Origin: Bulleidia sp.
GTDB lineage: Bacteria > Bacillota > Clostridia > Oscillospirales > CAG-272
Assembly (NCBI GenBank): GCA_963640785.1
Contig: CAVIBA010000003.1
Location: 1 to 40,697 of the forward strand
Length of the DNA: 40,697 nt
Direction: 5' to 3'
Both the position numbers and the translations under genes were made by a program. Within the stretch, counting starts at the first letter, position 1. Each line of letters begins with the position of its first letter. The notes beneath the pieces were generated by a model. The model searched no databases and was not told where the DNA came from. It saw nothing but the letters and a program-made list of their open reading frames with translations. Shown one piece after another: positions 8,317 to 17,092 of the stretch.

Positions 8317-8345
8317 AGTATAGCACTGTTCCGCGGTTTTGTCAA
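8317..8345 (-). promoter_or_regulatory. near-consensus promoter for trkH-trkA
   Basis: On the minus strand: TTGACA (8345-8340), 17-nt spacer, TATACT (8322-8317). It sits directly after the mgtE stop. Confidence 0.65.
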
Positions 8346-8355
8346 TATGCGGCGC

Positions 8356-9696
8356 TCATATGCCGAGCAGGGCGGTGGCGATGCGGAAGTATATCATGAG
8401 CGAGACGGCGTCGACTATTGTCGTTATAAAGGGGCTTGCCATGACGGCGGGGTCGAGCCCGAGCCGCCGGGCGAGCAGCGGCAGCATTGAGCCGACGGAC
8501 TTGGCCGTGAGCACCGAGAAAAACATGGTCAGCGCCACCACGGCGGCGACCACAGCGCCCGCGCGGTCGATGAGCAGAACCTTAGCAGCGGCGACGATGG
8601 CCAGCACCGGCCCGCACAGCAGCGCCACGCGCACCTCCTTCAGGAGAATGCTCAGCGCGTCGCGGGGTACGATCTCGTTCAGCGACAGCCCGCGTATGAC
8701 GGTGACGGAGGCCTGTCCGCCGGCGTTTCCGCCCGTGTCCATGAGCATGGGGATGAAGGAGGTCAGCACGACGTAAGCGCCGAGCGCTTCCTCGTAGTGG
8801 CTGATTATGGCGCCCGTGAAGGTCGCCGAGATCATGAGCAGCAGCAGCCACGGTATGCGCTTGCGGAAGATTTCGCCGACGCCGGTGCGGCTGTACGGGC
8901 GGTCAGTCGGCGTTATGGCGGCCATTTTTTCGATGTCTTCCGCCGCCTCCTCACGCACGACGTCGAGCGCGTCGTCGACGGTGACGATGCCGACCAGCCG
9001 CCGTTCGCTGTCGACTACGGGGACCGAGAGCAGGTCGGATTTCGCTATCACGTCGGCGACGTGACCGCGGCTGTCGGTCGTGAGGACGAAGGCGGCGTCG
9101 GCGTCGGAGATGGCCGAGACGGGTGCGTCGGGGTCGCCGAACAGCAGGTCGCGCAGCTCCAGCGTGCCGACCAGCCGCCGCTGATTGTCGGTCACAAATA
9201 AAGAATATACAGTCTCTTTATCATAGCCTGTTTTGCGGATGTGATGCACTGCCTCGGTGACTGTCATGCCTGCGTGCAGCGTGGCGTACTCGCTGGTCAT
9301 GACGCTCCCGGCGCTGCCCTCGGGGTAGGCGAGAAAGCGGTTTATCAGCGAACGGTTCTCCGGCGGGACGTTTTTGAGTATGCGGCTGACCACGCCAGCT
9401 GGCAGCTCCTCGAGCAGGTCGACGACGTCGTCGGTGTACAGCTCGCCGCACAGCTGCCCGAGCTCGCGGTCGCTGAGCGTCGAGATGAGGCGCGTCTGCG
9501 GGCCGTATTCGAGCTCGGCGAAAATTTCGGCGGCGGTGTCTTTTTTCAGCAGCCGGAACACCACCGGCAGCTCATCCGGCGGCAGCGTCTCGAGAAAATC
9601 CGCCGCGTCGGTCGGGTAGAGGTGGTCGAGCTCGTGAATGAATTCGGGATATTTTTTTGCGTCGAGAAGGGAAGTGAGGTGGGCGTAGTCTCGCAT
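8356..9696 (-). CDS. mgtE: magnesium transporter MgtE
   Basis: N-domain, tandem CBS region and C-terminal TM domain (GGNAGGQASVTVIRGL). AAGGAG precedes the ATG at 9696. The track ORF extends to 9831 with a non-homologous Arg/Lys-rich lead. Confidence 0.85.
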   Translation of the reverse strand: MRDYAHLTSLLDAKKYPEFIHELDHLYPTDAADFLETLPPDELPVVFRLLKKDTAAEIFAELEYGPQTRLISTLSDRELGQLCGELYTDDVVDLLEELPAGVVSRILKNVPPENRSLINRFLAYPEGSAGSVMTSEYATLHAGMTVTEAVHHIRKTGYDKETVYSLFVTDNQRRLVGTLELRDLLFGDPDAPVSAISDADAAFVLTTDSRGHVADVIAKSDLLSVPVVDSERRLVGIVTVDDALDVVREEAAEDIEKMAAITPTDRPYSRTGVGEIFRKRIPWLLLLMISATFTGAIISHYEEALGAYVVLTSFIPMLMDTGGNAGGQASVTVIRGLSLNEIVPRDALSILLKEVRVALLCGPVLAIVAAAKVLLIDRAGAVVAAVVALTMFFSVLTAKSVGSMLPLLARRLGLDPAVMASPFITTIVDAVSLMIYFRIATALLGI

Positions 9697-9754
9697 GACG
9701 GCGGCTCCTTGGTTTTTTCTTATTTTAACCGCCCAGCAGGCAAACGATACTTTT

Positions 9755-11173
9755 TCAGATGTTGCGTGCGCGCCGTGTGAGTGTTTCGTTTTTTTGTGCC
9801 GCCGCGGGCGCGTTCCGGGTTTTGCGCTCATGCCTTGAGAGCGTGCGCAGATAGTCGCGCGTCTGCCGCGCCACCTCGCCCGACATCGGACAGATGACAG
9901 CGAGATTTATCAGCGTCATGACGCCGAGCGCAAAGTCGGCGACGTCCCAGACGCGCTCGGGCGCGCTGAGCGCCCCGGCAAGCACGGCGACGCCGTATAT
10001 GGCGATAAACGCCCGCCGCCCGCCGCGCCGACGCCGCCGCGCGAGGTACTCCACGCACTCAATGCCGTAGTGTCCCCAGCAGACCACCGTCGCAAAGCCG
10101 AAAAACAGCACCATCGCGCACATTACGTATTCCGCCCACCGCCCGAGAACCAGCGAGTAGGCCTTCAGCGTTATCATGATGGGGTCGGGGTCGTAGGCGA
10201 GCACGTCGTCGAGGCTGAGGATTATCACAAGCGCCGTCATGGTGCACAGCAGAATCGTGTCCACAAACACCTCGACGATGCCCCAGATGCCCTGCTGCGC
10301 GGGGTAGGCGGCGTTCGAGCCAGAGTGCGCGATGGGAGCCGTGCCGCAGCCCGCCTCGTTTGACATAAGCCCGCGCATTGTGCCGAACCGCACACCGCGT
10401 GACAGCAAAAAGCCCGCCGCGCCGCCGAACGCGCTCTCGGGTCGGAAGGCTGCGGCGAATATCGAGCCAAACGCCTCCGCCAGCCCGTCACGCCGCAGCA
10501 CCATGACGGCGACGGACATTACAATATAAATAAGTGTCATGAATGGCACAAGCCGCCCCGTCAGCGCGGCGACGCCGTCGCGCCCCGAGGCCAGCACGGC
10601 CACCGTAATGACGGCCAGTACGCCGCCCGTGAAGGCCGTTCCGAGCCCGCAGACGCCGAGCAGCGAGCGCGACACGGCGTTTATCTGTATGACGCATCCC
10701 ATTGACAGTGCGTCGGCAACGCACAGCAGCGCGAATATCGCCGCGAGGACTGTGCCCACGCGCCCGAGCCCGCGGGAGGTGAAAAAGTCGCGGATGTAGT
10801 ACATCGCCCCGCCGTGCCGCGCGCCGGATTCGTCCATGCGACGGTGCCCGAGCGCGAGCACGGTTTCGGCGTATTTGAGCAGCATGGCGGCCGCCGCGCT
10901 GACCCACATCCAGAATATCGCCCCCACGCCGCCGAGGTAGATAGCCGACGCCACGCCGACAATGTTGCCCACCCCGAGCGTCCCGGCCAGCGCCAGACAC
11001 AGCGCCCGCAGCGGAGACATGCCGTCCCCGGACGGCGCGGTGAGAGTTTTTATCACGGCGCGCGGGTGCGTCAGGTTGAAAAAGCGCAGGCGCACGGCGT
11101 AGAATATTCCCCCGGCCATGAGCGCCACCGGAACGGCGGCGCCGAGCATATATGTATTGATAAATTCAAGCAT
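9755..11173 (-). CDS. alanine/glycine:cation symporter (AGCS family)
   Basis: MLEFINTYMLGAAVPVALMAGGIFYAVRLRFFNLTHP and LGVGNIVGVASAI are typical AGCS signatures. About 11 TM segments. Confidence 0.85.
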   Translation of the reverse strand: MLEFINTYMLGAAVPVALMAGGIFYAVRLRFFNLTHPRAVIKTLTAPSGDGMSPLRALCLALAGTLGVGNIVGVASAIYLGGVGAIFWMWVSAAAAMLLKYAETVLALGHRRMDESGARHGGAMYYIRDFFTSRGLGRVGTVLAAIFALLCVADALSMGCVIQINAVSRSLLGVCGLGTAFTGGVLAVITVAVLASGRDGVAALTGRLVPFMTLIYIVMSVAVMVLRRDGLAEAFGSIFAAAFRPESAFGGAAGFLLSRGVRFGTMRGLMSNEAGCGTAPIAHSGSNAAYPAQQGIWGIVEVFVDTILLCTMTALVIILSLDDVLAYDPDPIMITLKAYSLVLGRWAEYVMCAMVLFFGFATVVCWGHYGIECVEYLARRRRRGGRRAFIAIYGVAVLAGALSAPERVWDVADFALGVMTLINLAVICPMSGEVARQTRDYLRTLSRHERKTRNAPAAAQKNETLTRRARNI

Positions 11174-11302
11174 CTAGTTTCACCCCCGATAAACTTTATG
11201 TCCCGTGCGTCGATTATATGCTCCACAAAGTCGATTTTTAGCAATCCACCCCACCGTACTCGCTGAAATTGTTAACAATTTGTGAACATTTGGCTTTATC
11301 TA

Positions 11303-11331
11303 TTGATTTTTTTGGTGGGACGTATTAGAAT
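11303..11331 (+). promoter_or_regulatory. groES-groEL promoter
   Basis: TTGATT (11303-11308), 17-nt spacer, TAGAAT (11326-11331). Confidence 0.7.
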
Positions 11332-11343
11332 ATGCACAGTTGA

Positions 11344-11370
11344 TTAGCACTCATATGATTTGAGTGCCAA
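11344..11370 (+). promoter_or_regulatory. CIRCE operator (HrcA binding site)
   Basis: TTAGCACTC-N9-GAGTGCCAA, against the consensus TTAGCACTC-N9-GAGTGCTAA. It lies between the -10 and groES. Confidence 0.9.
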
Positions 11371-11422
11371 TAATCACATGAAAATAATTTGCAAAAGGCA
11401 ATATATCAAGGAGGAACTCAAA

Positions 11423-13359
<1,937 letters not shown>

Positions 13360-13380
13360 TAAAGAGTTTTGAGAATAGTT

Positions 13381-13418
13381 CCCCCGCACAGGGTTCGCCT
13401 GGGCGGGGGAGTTTTTTT
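13381..13418 (+). terminator. groEL terminator
   Basis: CCCCCGC ... GCGGGGG stem followed by AGTTTTTTT. Confidence 0.8.
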
Positions 13419-13427
13419 GTGGGGCGT

Positions 13428-13445
13428 GGGCGTATTGCATATGCC
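13428..13445 (+). repeat. GCATATGC-core short repeat, copy 1 (GGGCGTATTGCATATGCC)
   Basis: Same 17-18-mer as 13670-13686 and 13709-13728, in inverse orientation. It is fused to the groEL terminator T-tract (TTTTTTTGTGGGGCGT...). Confidence 0.8.
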
Positions 13446-13469
13446 AGTATGCTGATTAAAATGTTTTTT

Positions 13470-13508
13470 GCGGTTTTCGCCGGGATGCTCGGCGGGAGCC
13501 GCTTTTTT
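13470..13508 (+). terminator. second terminator-like hairpin after groEL
   Basis: GCGGTTTTCGCCG / CGGCGGGAGCCGC (13 bp including 3 G-U pairs), followed by TTTTTT. Confidence 0.5.
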
Positions 13509-13669
13509 GTATAAAGAGTTCTTTGGTCTTGGCGAGAACTCGCCGAACGTCTGCGGGACGTGATTTAACTGTTCTTTCTCTGTTGCATAACAGAAAAGTA
13601 CACTTCGAACACGTCGGAATTCGCCATGGCGGCAGCCCTCGGGGTACAAAACTAACTTCTCAGCATACA

Positions 13670-13686
13670 GGCATATGCAATACGCC
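13670..13686 (-). repeat. GCATATGC-core short repeat, copy 2
   Basis: GGCATATGCAATACGCC on the plus strand. Confidence 0.8.
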
Positions 13687-13708
13687 TCACCCCCACCACC
13701 CCGCATAT

Positions 13709-13728
13709 GGGCATATGCAATACGCCCC
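13709..13728 (-). repeat. GCATATGC-core short repeat, copy 3
   Basis: GGGCATATGCAATACGCCCC on the plus strand. On the minus strand it reads TTTTTTGTGGGGCGTATTGCATATGCCC, directly after the minus-strand terminator. Confidence 0.8.
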
Positions 13729-13730
13729 AC

Positions 13731-13765
13731 AAAAAAGAGGCGCATCTGCAAACCGCAGATGCGCC
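13731..13765 (-). terminator. terminator of small membrane protein gene
   Basis: GGCGCATCTGC-AAACC-GCAGATGCGCC (13739-13765) with a T6 tract on the minus strand (13736-13731). Confidence 0.85.
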
Positions 13766-13786
13766 CAAGAAAACCTAAAAGGAGAA

Positions 13787-14095
13787 TCACTTTTTTATTT
13801 TTCTAAGACAAACACACTCCACAACCGCCAGCGCCGCGACAATCGCGAACCCGGCAGGCCAGCTCAGCTTGTCCGCCTCGAGACCGCCGATAACACCGAT
13901 GAAGCCGAAAAAGCACAGCGTCGTGACGATAACACGGGCGACGACGGCAACGCGCGCACCGGACAGACGCGCAAGAACTCTGTCAATAAGCGTAAGCAGA
14001 TGACCGACAGTGTCCGAAACCGTGCGCGTGCGACGACGGCGCGGCGCGGCAGAGACATCGCTGTGTGCTGTGAAATCATTATAGTAAGCGTTCAT
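13787..14095 (-). CDS. small membrane protein (102 aa), Arg-rich N-terminus plus two C-terminal TM helices
   Basis: AGGAGG RBS before the ATG at 14095, its own promoter and terminator. Hydrophobic VAVVARVIVTTLCFFGFIGVIGGL and WPAGFAIVAALAVVECVCL. Confidence 0.65.
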   Translation of the reverse strand: MNAYYNDFTAHSDVSAAPRRRRTRTVSDTVGHLLTLIDRVLARLSGARVAVVARVIVTTLCFFGFIGVIGGLEADKLSWPAGFAIVAALAVVECVCLRKIKK

Positions 14096-14159
14096 ATCGT
14101 CCTCCTGAAACGGCGTGCGCCGCGGCCGGTGTTTGCCACGGGGCCTGTCCTGTGATGTA

Positions 14160-14188
14160 ATGATAACACATTACGTGTCGCTTGTCAA
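14160..14188 (-). promoter_or_regulatory. promoter of small membrane protein gene, with a short dyad in the spacer
   Basis: On the minus strand: TTGACA (14188-14183), 17-nt spacer, TGtTATCAT (-10 at 14165-14160). The spacer contains ACAC-N5-GTGT and GTAATG-N6-CATTAC dyads. Confidence 0.55.
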
Positions 14189-14229
14189 TAGATTTTTTCA
14201 AAAATCGGAAAAATATTTTTGCAAATCAC

Positions 14230-14258
14230 TTTACAAACCGGAATTTTTGTGGTATAAT
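14230..14258 (+). promoter_or_regulatory. promoter of CI-like repressor gene
   Basis: TTTACA (14230-14235), 17-nt spacer, TGgTATAAT (-10 at 14253-14258). Confidence 0.65.
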
Positions 14259-14296
14259 AATGCCATAACAAGAAAAATGTCGAGGTAACGCGCACT

Positions 14297-15103
14297 ATGG
14301 ACTATATTGATAGAATAAAAGAGCGCAAAAGCGCGAAAAAGATAACAAATGATCGACTCAGCGAGCTCACCGGCATTCCGGTCAGCACGCTCAGCAAGCT
14401 GCTCGCCGGGTTTTCGGACTCGCCTAAGCTGTCGAATATCGTTGCGATCTGCGACGCGCTTGACTGCTCGGTCGATTATATCCTGACCGGCGTGCCGGAA
14501 AACACCAACAACTACACGCTCGAGCCGGACGAAATGCGCCTCATCGAGGACTGGCGCACGCTTGACCGTCACGGCCGCGAGATGGTGCGGCTGGTGCTCG
14601 ACAAGGAGGGCGAGCGCGTGACGATGGAGGCCTATACCTCGGCCGCCGCGCCGCGTGCGCGCGTGATTCCCGAGGAGCGCGTGAGGGGGCGCATCGGCGA
14701 CGTACGCGGGACGCGCAAGACGCCGGGCTTCGACAAGCGGCAGATTCCGCTTTACTCGCTGCCCGTGTCGGCCGGTTCCGGCGAGTATCTTGACGACAGC
14801 ACCGCGGAGCAGATCACGATTCCGGACAACCAAAAGACGGCTGAGGCCGATTTCGCGCTGCGCATCAGCGGCAACAGCATGGAGCCGCGCTATCACGACG
14901 GCGATGTCCTGCTCGTTCAGAACTGCGACAGCGTCGAGCCGGGTGAGGCGGCGGTGTTTGTTCTCGACGGCAACGGATACTTCAAAATCTTCGGTGGCGA
15001 CCGCCTGATTTCGCTCAACCCGGAGTATGGCGAGATACTGCTGCGCGGATACACCGACATTCATTGCGCGGGGCGCGTCGTCGGTAAGCTCAAGCGCAAG
15101 TGA
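14297..15103 (+). CDS. XRE-HTH plus S24 peptidase repressor (lambda CI / LexA-like, autocleavable type)
   Basis: N-terminal HTH_3 (ITNDRLSELTGIPVSTLSKLLAG). Ala-Gly site (VSAGSG). S24 catalytic Ser in GNSMEP and Lys in GYFKIFG. Confidence 0.85.
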   Translation: MDYIDRIKERKSAKKITNDRLSELTGIPVSTLSKLLAGFSDSPKLSNIVAICDALDCSVDYILTGVPENTNNYTLEPDEMRLIEDWRTLDRHGREMVRLVLDKEGERVTMEAYTSAAAPRARVIPEERVRGRIGDVRGTRKTPGFDKRQIPLYSLPVSAGSGEYLDDSTAEQITIPDNQKTAEADFALRISGNSMEPRYHDGDVLLVQNCDSVEPGEAAVFVLDGNGYFKIFGGDRLISLNPEYGEILLRGYTDIHCAGRVVGKLKRK

Positions 15104-15136
15104 TCCGCGGCTTACATCTGTATCATATCATACAAT

Positions 15137-15163
15137 GTGTCCCGAAAGCGGTACACTGGCGGC
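15137..15163 (+). repeat. hairpin + ACACTGGCGGC motif, copy 1
   Basis: GTGTCCCGAAAGCGGTACACTGGCGGC. A related copy lies 135 nt downstream. Confidence 0.6.
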
Positions 15164-15271
15164 ATGCTGTATCCGATTTGCTGACGTCCTGACACGCTTG
15201 AAGTTACGGCCTGTGCACGTCCGCAAATGTGTTCGGCCGACGATTTCTACGACTATATTATAGCGCCATAG

Positions 15272-15297
15272 GTGTCCTGATTTTGGGACACTGGCGG
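15272..15297 (+). repeat. hairpin + ACACTGGCGGC motif, copy 2
   Basis: GTGTCCTGATTTTGGGACACTGGCGGC, with stem GTGTCC/GGACAC. Confidence 0.6.
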
Positions 15298-15371
15298 CGG
15301 AGACTATCAGAGATTTTGTGTCGGAACATCTGTCTGAGTTTTCGCCATCGACGGGAGTTTATTTCCGTCGC

Positions 15372-15388
15372 GGGCATATGCATACGCC
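15372..15388 (-). repeat. GCATATGC-core short repeat, copy 4 (1-nt shorter variant)
   Basis: GGGCATATGCATACGCC, about 35 nt upstream of the GT4 start. Confidence 0.6.
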
Positions 15389-15422
15389 TTTCGGTTAATA
15401 CTAATGAAAAAACGGAGGGCAT

Positions 15423-16553
15423 ATGTACCGTTTACTTCATGTAATTACCGATACCAACATCGGCGGCGCCGGCATACTGCTTCTGAATCAACTCCGCCAC
15501 TTTGACCGTTCGCGTTTTGACATTTCGGTGGTGCTGCCGCGTGGCAGCGAGCTTGAACCGCGCGTGCGTGCGCTCGGCTATGATGTCGTAGACAGTCGGC
15601 ACGGGGCGGACGCGTCGTTTGAGCGCGGGGCGGTCGGCGAATATCGGCGGATTATAGAGATGTCCGCGCCGGACATAGTTCACTGTCACGGCGCGTTTTC
15701 GGCACGCGTTGCGGCGCGTCGGGCGGGAGTGCCGGTGCGCATATTTACCCGTCACTGCGCCTATCCGCCGCACGGAATTTCGACCACTCCTCCCGCTCGT
15801 TGGCTCTACGGACGCATGACCGACCGACTTTCGACCGGGATTGTCGCCGTCGCGGAGGCGGCGCGGGAGGATTTGCTGGCGCTCGGTGCGACGCCGGACA
15901 GAATTCGCGTAATTATCAACGGCTCAGAGCCGCAGCGACGCCTTGAAAACGTCGAGATGGCCGGGTTGCGCCACGAACTCGGCATAAAAGATGATGAAAT
16001 TGTCGCCGGAATGTTCGCCCGGCTTGAGCCCTGCAAGGGCCACAGATATTTTCTCGAGGCGCTGGCGCGCCTGACGTCGGACAGCCGCATTCGCGCGCTT
16101 ATCTGCGGCCGGGGAAGTCTCGAGGGCGAATTGCGCGCGCAGGCGGAAAGCCTCGGCGTAGCGTCGCGCGTTATTTTCGCAGGATTTTGCCCTGACATCG
16201 CGCCGTATATGAACATTTCAAGGATAAACGTCAACTGCTCGGTGGGCACCGAGACATCGTCACTGGCGCTGTCCGAGGGCATGAGCATCGGGCTGGTATC
16301 GGTTGTCAGCAATTACGGCGGCAACGGTGCCATGGTGCGCGATGGCGTGGACGGCTTTGTCATTCCGCCCGCGAATCCGGACGCGCTCGCGTCAGCGCTG
16401 CGCCGCCTTGAGCTTGACCCGGAGCTGCTCGACGCGATGAGCAGCGCCGCCGCCGAGTCGTACGCCGAACGGTTTACCGCCGAGCGCATGACACGCCAGC
16501 TCGAGGAGTTTTATCTGAACCAGCTCGCCGCAGCGGGGGTATGTCGTCCGTGA
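15423..16553 (+). CDS. glycosyltransferase family 4 (GT-B, GT1/GT4 type)
   Basis: MYRLLHVITDTNIGGAGILLLNQL N-terminus. C-terminal EGMSIGLVSVVSNYGGNGAMVRDGVDGFVI matches the E-x7-E region of GT4 enzymes. Confidence 0.85.
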   Translation: MYRLLHVITDTNIGGAGILLLNQLRHFDRSRFDISVVLPRGSELEPRVRALGYDVVDSRHGADASFERGAVGEYRRIIEMSAPDIVHCHGAFSARVAARRAGVPVRIFTRHCAYPPHGISTTPPARWLYGRMTDRLSTGIVAVAEAAREDLLALGATPDRIRVIINGSEPQRRLENVEMAGLRHELGIKDDEIVAGMFARLEPCKGHRYFLEALARLTSDSRIRALICGRGSLEGELRAQAESLGVASRVIFAGFCPDIAPYMNISRINVNCSVGTETSSLALSEGMSIGLVSVVSNYGGNGAMVRDGVDGFVIPPANPDALASALRRLELDPELLDAMSSAAAESYAERFTAERMTRQLEEFYLNQLAAAGVCRP

Positions 16554-16596
16554 GGCGATGGGCAGGTGAGACTCCGGTGAGACGAGGCGAGCGGCG

Positions 16597-16638
16597 GGCA
16601 AATTGAGTTGGACAACAGGCAAATGTAGTTGAACAACG
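16597..16638 (+). repeat. 2 x 21-bp tandem repeat
   Basis: GGCAAATTGAGTTGGACAACA followed by GGCAAATGTAGTTGAACAACG. Confidence 0.75.
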
Positions 16639-16711
16639 GGGCGGCAGGCGCTTTCATGCTTCATGTTTTGATACACCTTGTCACCGCTGAAACGTACGAG
16701 CCTAAACCGTC

Positions 16712-16794
16712 CGTCATATGCCACAAAAATCTGTGCGCGAAGCCCTGTGGTGCACGCGGATTTTTGTTTTATTTGCTTAATCGGTTGTTCAACA
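16712..16794 (+). repeat. 83-bp non-coding direct repeat, copy A
   Basis: Ungapped alignment to 16882-16964 gives 58/83 identities by hand count. Conserved blocks: CGTCATA, CACAAAAAT, GCGAAGCC, CGGATTTTTGT, TATTTGC, TTGTTCAACA. Confidence 0.75.
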
Positions 16795-16881
16795 TGACCA
16801 TCGAGCCCAGCGCACGCGCGGTCGCACGTGCACTTTTGACGTGTATTTCAGCTGTTGCAAAACACACTTGCCCAAGACATG

Positions 16882-16964
16882 CGTCATACATCACAAAAAT
16901 TCTAATGCGAAGCCTCCTTCCGCACCCGGATTTTTGTCATATTTGCCCGGTTCATTGTTCAACA
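16882..16964 (+). repeat. 83-bp non-coding direct repeat, copy B
   Basis: See copy A. The offset is exactly 170 bp, which is not a multiple of 3. Confidence 0.75.
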
Positions 16965-16996
16965 CGCCCGCAGCGTCTACCTGACACACGCAAACA

Positions 16997-17027
16997 AAGC
17001 CCTCGGGGGCTTCGCACCCGAGGGCTT
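16997..17027. terminator. hairpin terminator between convergent GT4 and FkbM genes
   Basis: AAGCCCTCGGG-N9-CCCGAGGGCTT. The minus strand has a T-rich tail (CTTTGTTTG). Confidence 0.65.
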
Positions 17028-17092
17028 GCTTATGGTTTGCTATGACTTGCTATGGTTTGCCATGGACACGGCGCGTCGCGGCGCGCCGCGGG

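Noticed and set aside
8258-8355. c-di-AMP (ydaO/kimA-type) riboswitch upstream of trkH
   Set aside because: The whole intergenic region is 98 bp and is occupied by a TTGACA-17-TATACT promoter. The remaining leader of about 55 nt is too short for that riboswitch and shows none of its conserved pseudo-symmetric features.
9697-9754. M-box (Mg2+) riboswitch upstream of mgtE
   Set aside because: Only 58 nt separate mgtE from the upstream symporter stop, while M-box aptamers need about 160 nt. The track's 45-codon N-terminal extension of mgtE (to 9831) overlaps the symporter gene and lacks an RBS.
11174-11302. Glycine riboswitch upstream of the alanine/glycine symporter
   Set aside because: I could not find the conserved GGAGAG...CACCG/ACCGAAGGGGCAA-type aptamer cores on the minus strand. 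The region is about 130 nt and AT-rich.
14231-15064. 277-aa minus-strand ORF
   Set aside because: It is antisense to the XRE+S24 repressor gene, which has clear family motifs. It is an Arg/Ala/Val-rich shadow frame typical of high-GC DNA.
15027-15263. 78-aa ORF including a Cys-rich MCPESGTLAACCIRF peptide in the GT4 upstream region
   Set aside because: It starts inside the repressor gene. The internal ATG at about 15135 has no Shine-Dalgarno sequence. The region is better explained by the repeated hairpin motifs.
16629-17045. 138-aa ORF in the GT4/FkbM gap
   Set aside because: It has no RBS. The two 83-bp DNA repeats fall in different reading frames (170-bp offset), so the repeat is not protein-level. 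The predicted protein is Cys/Arg/His-rich nonsense.
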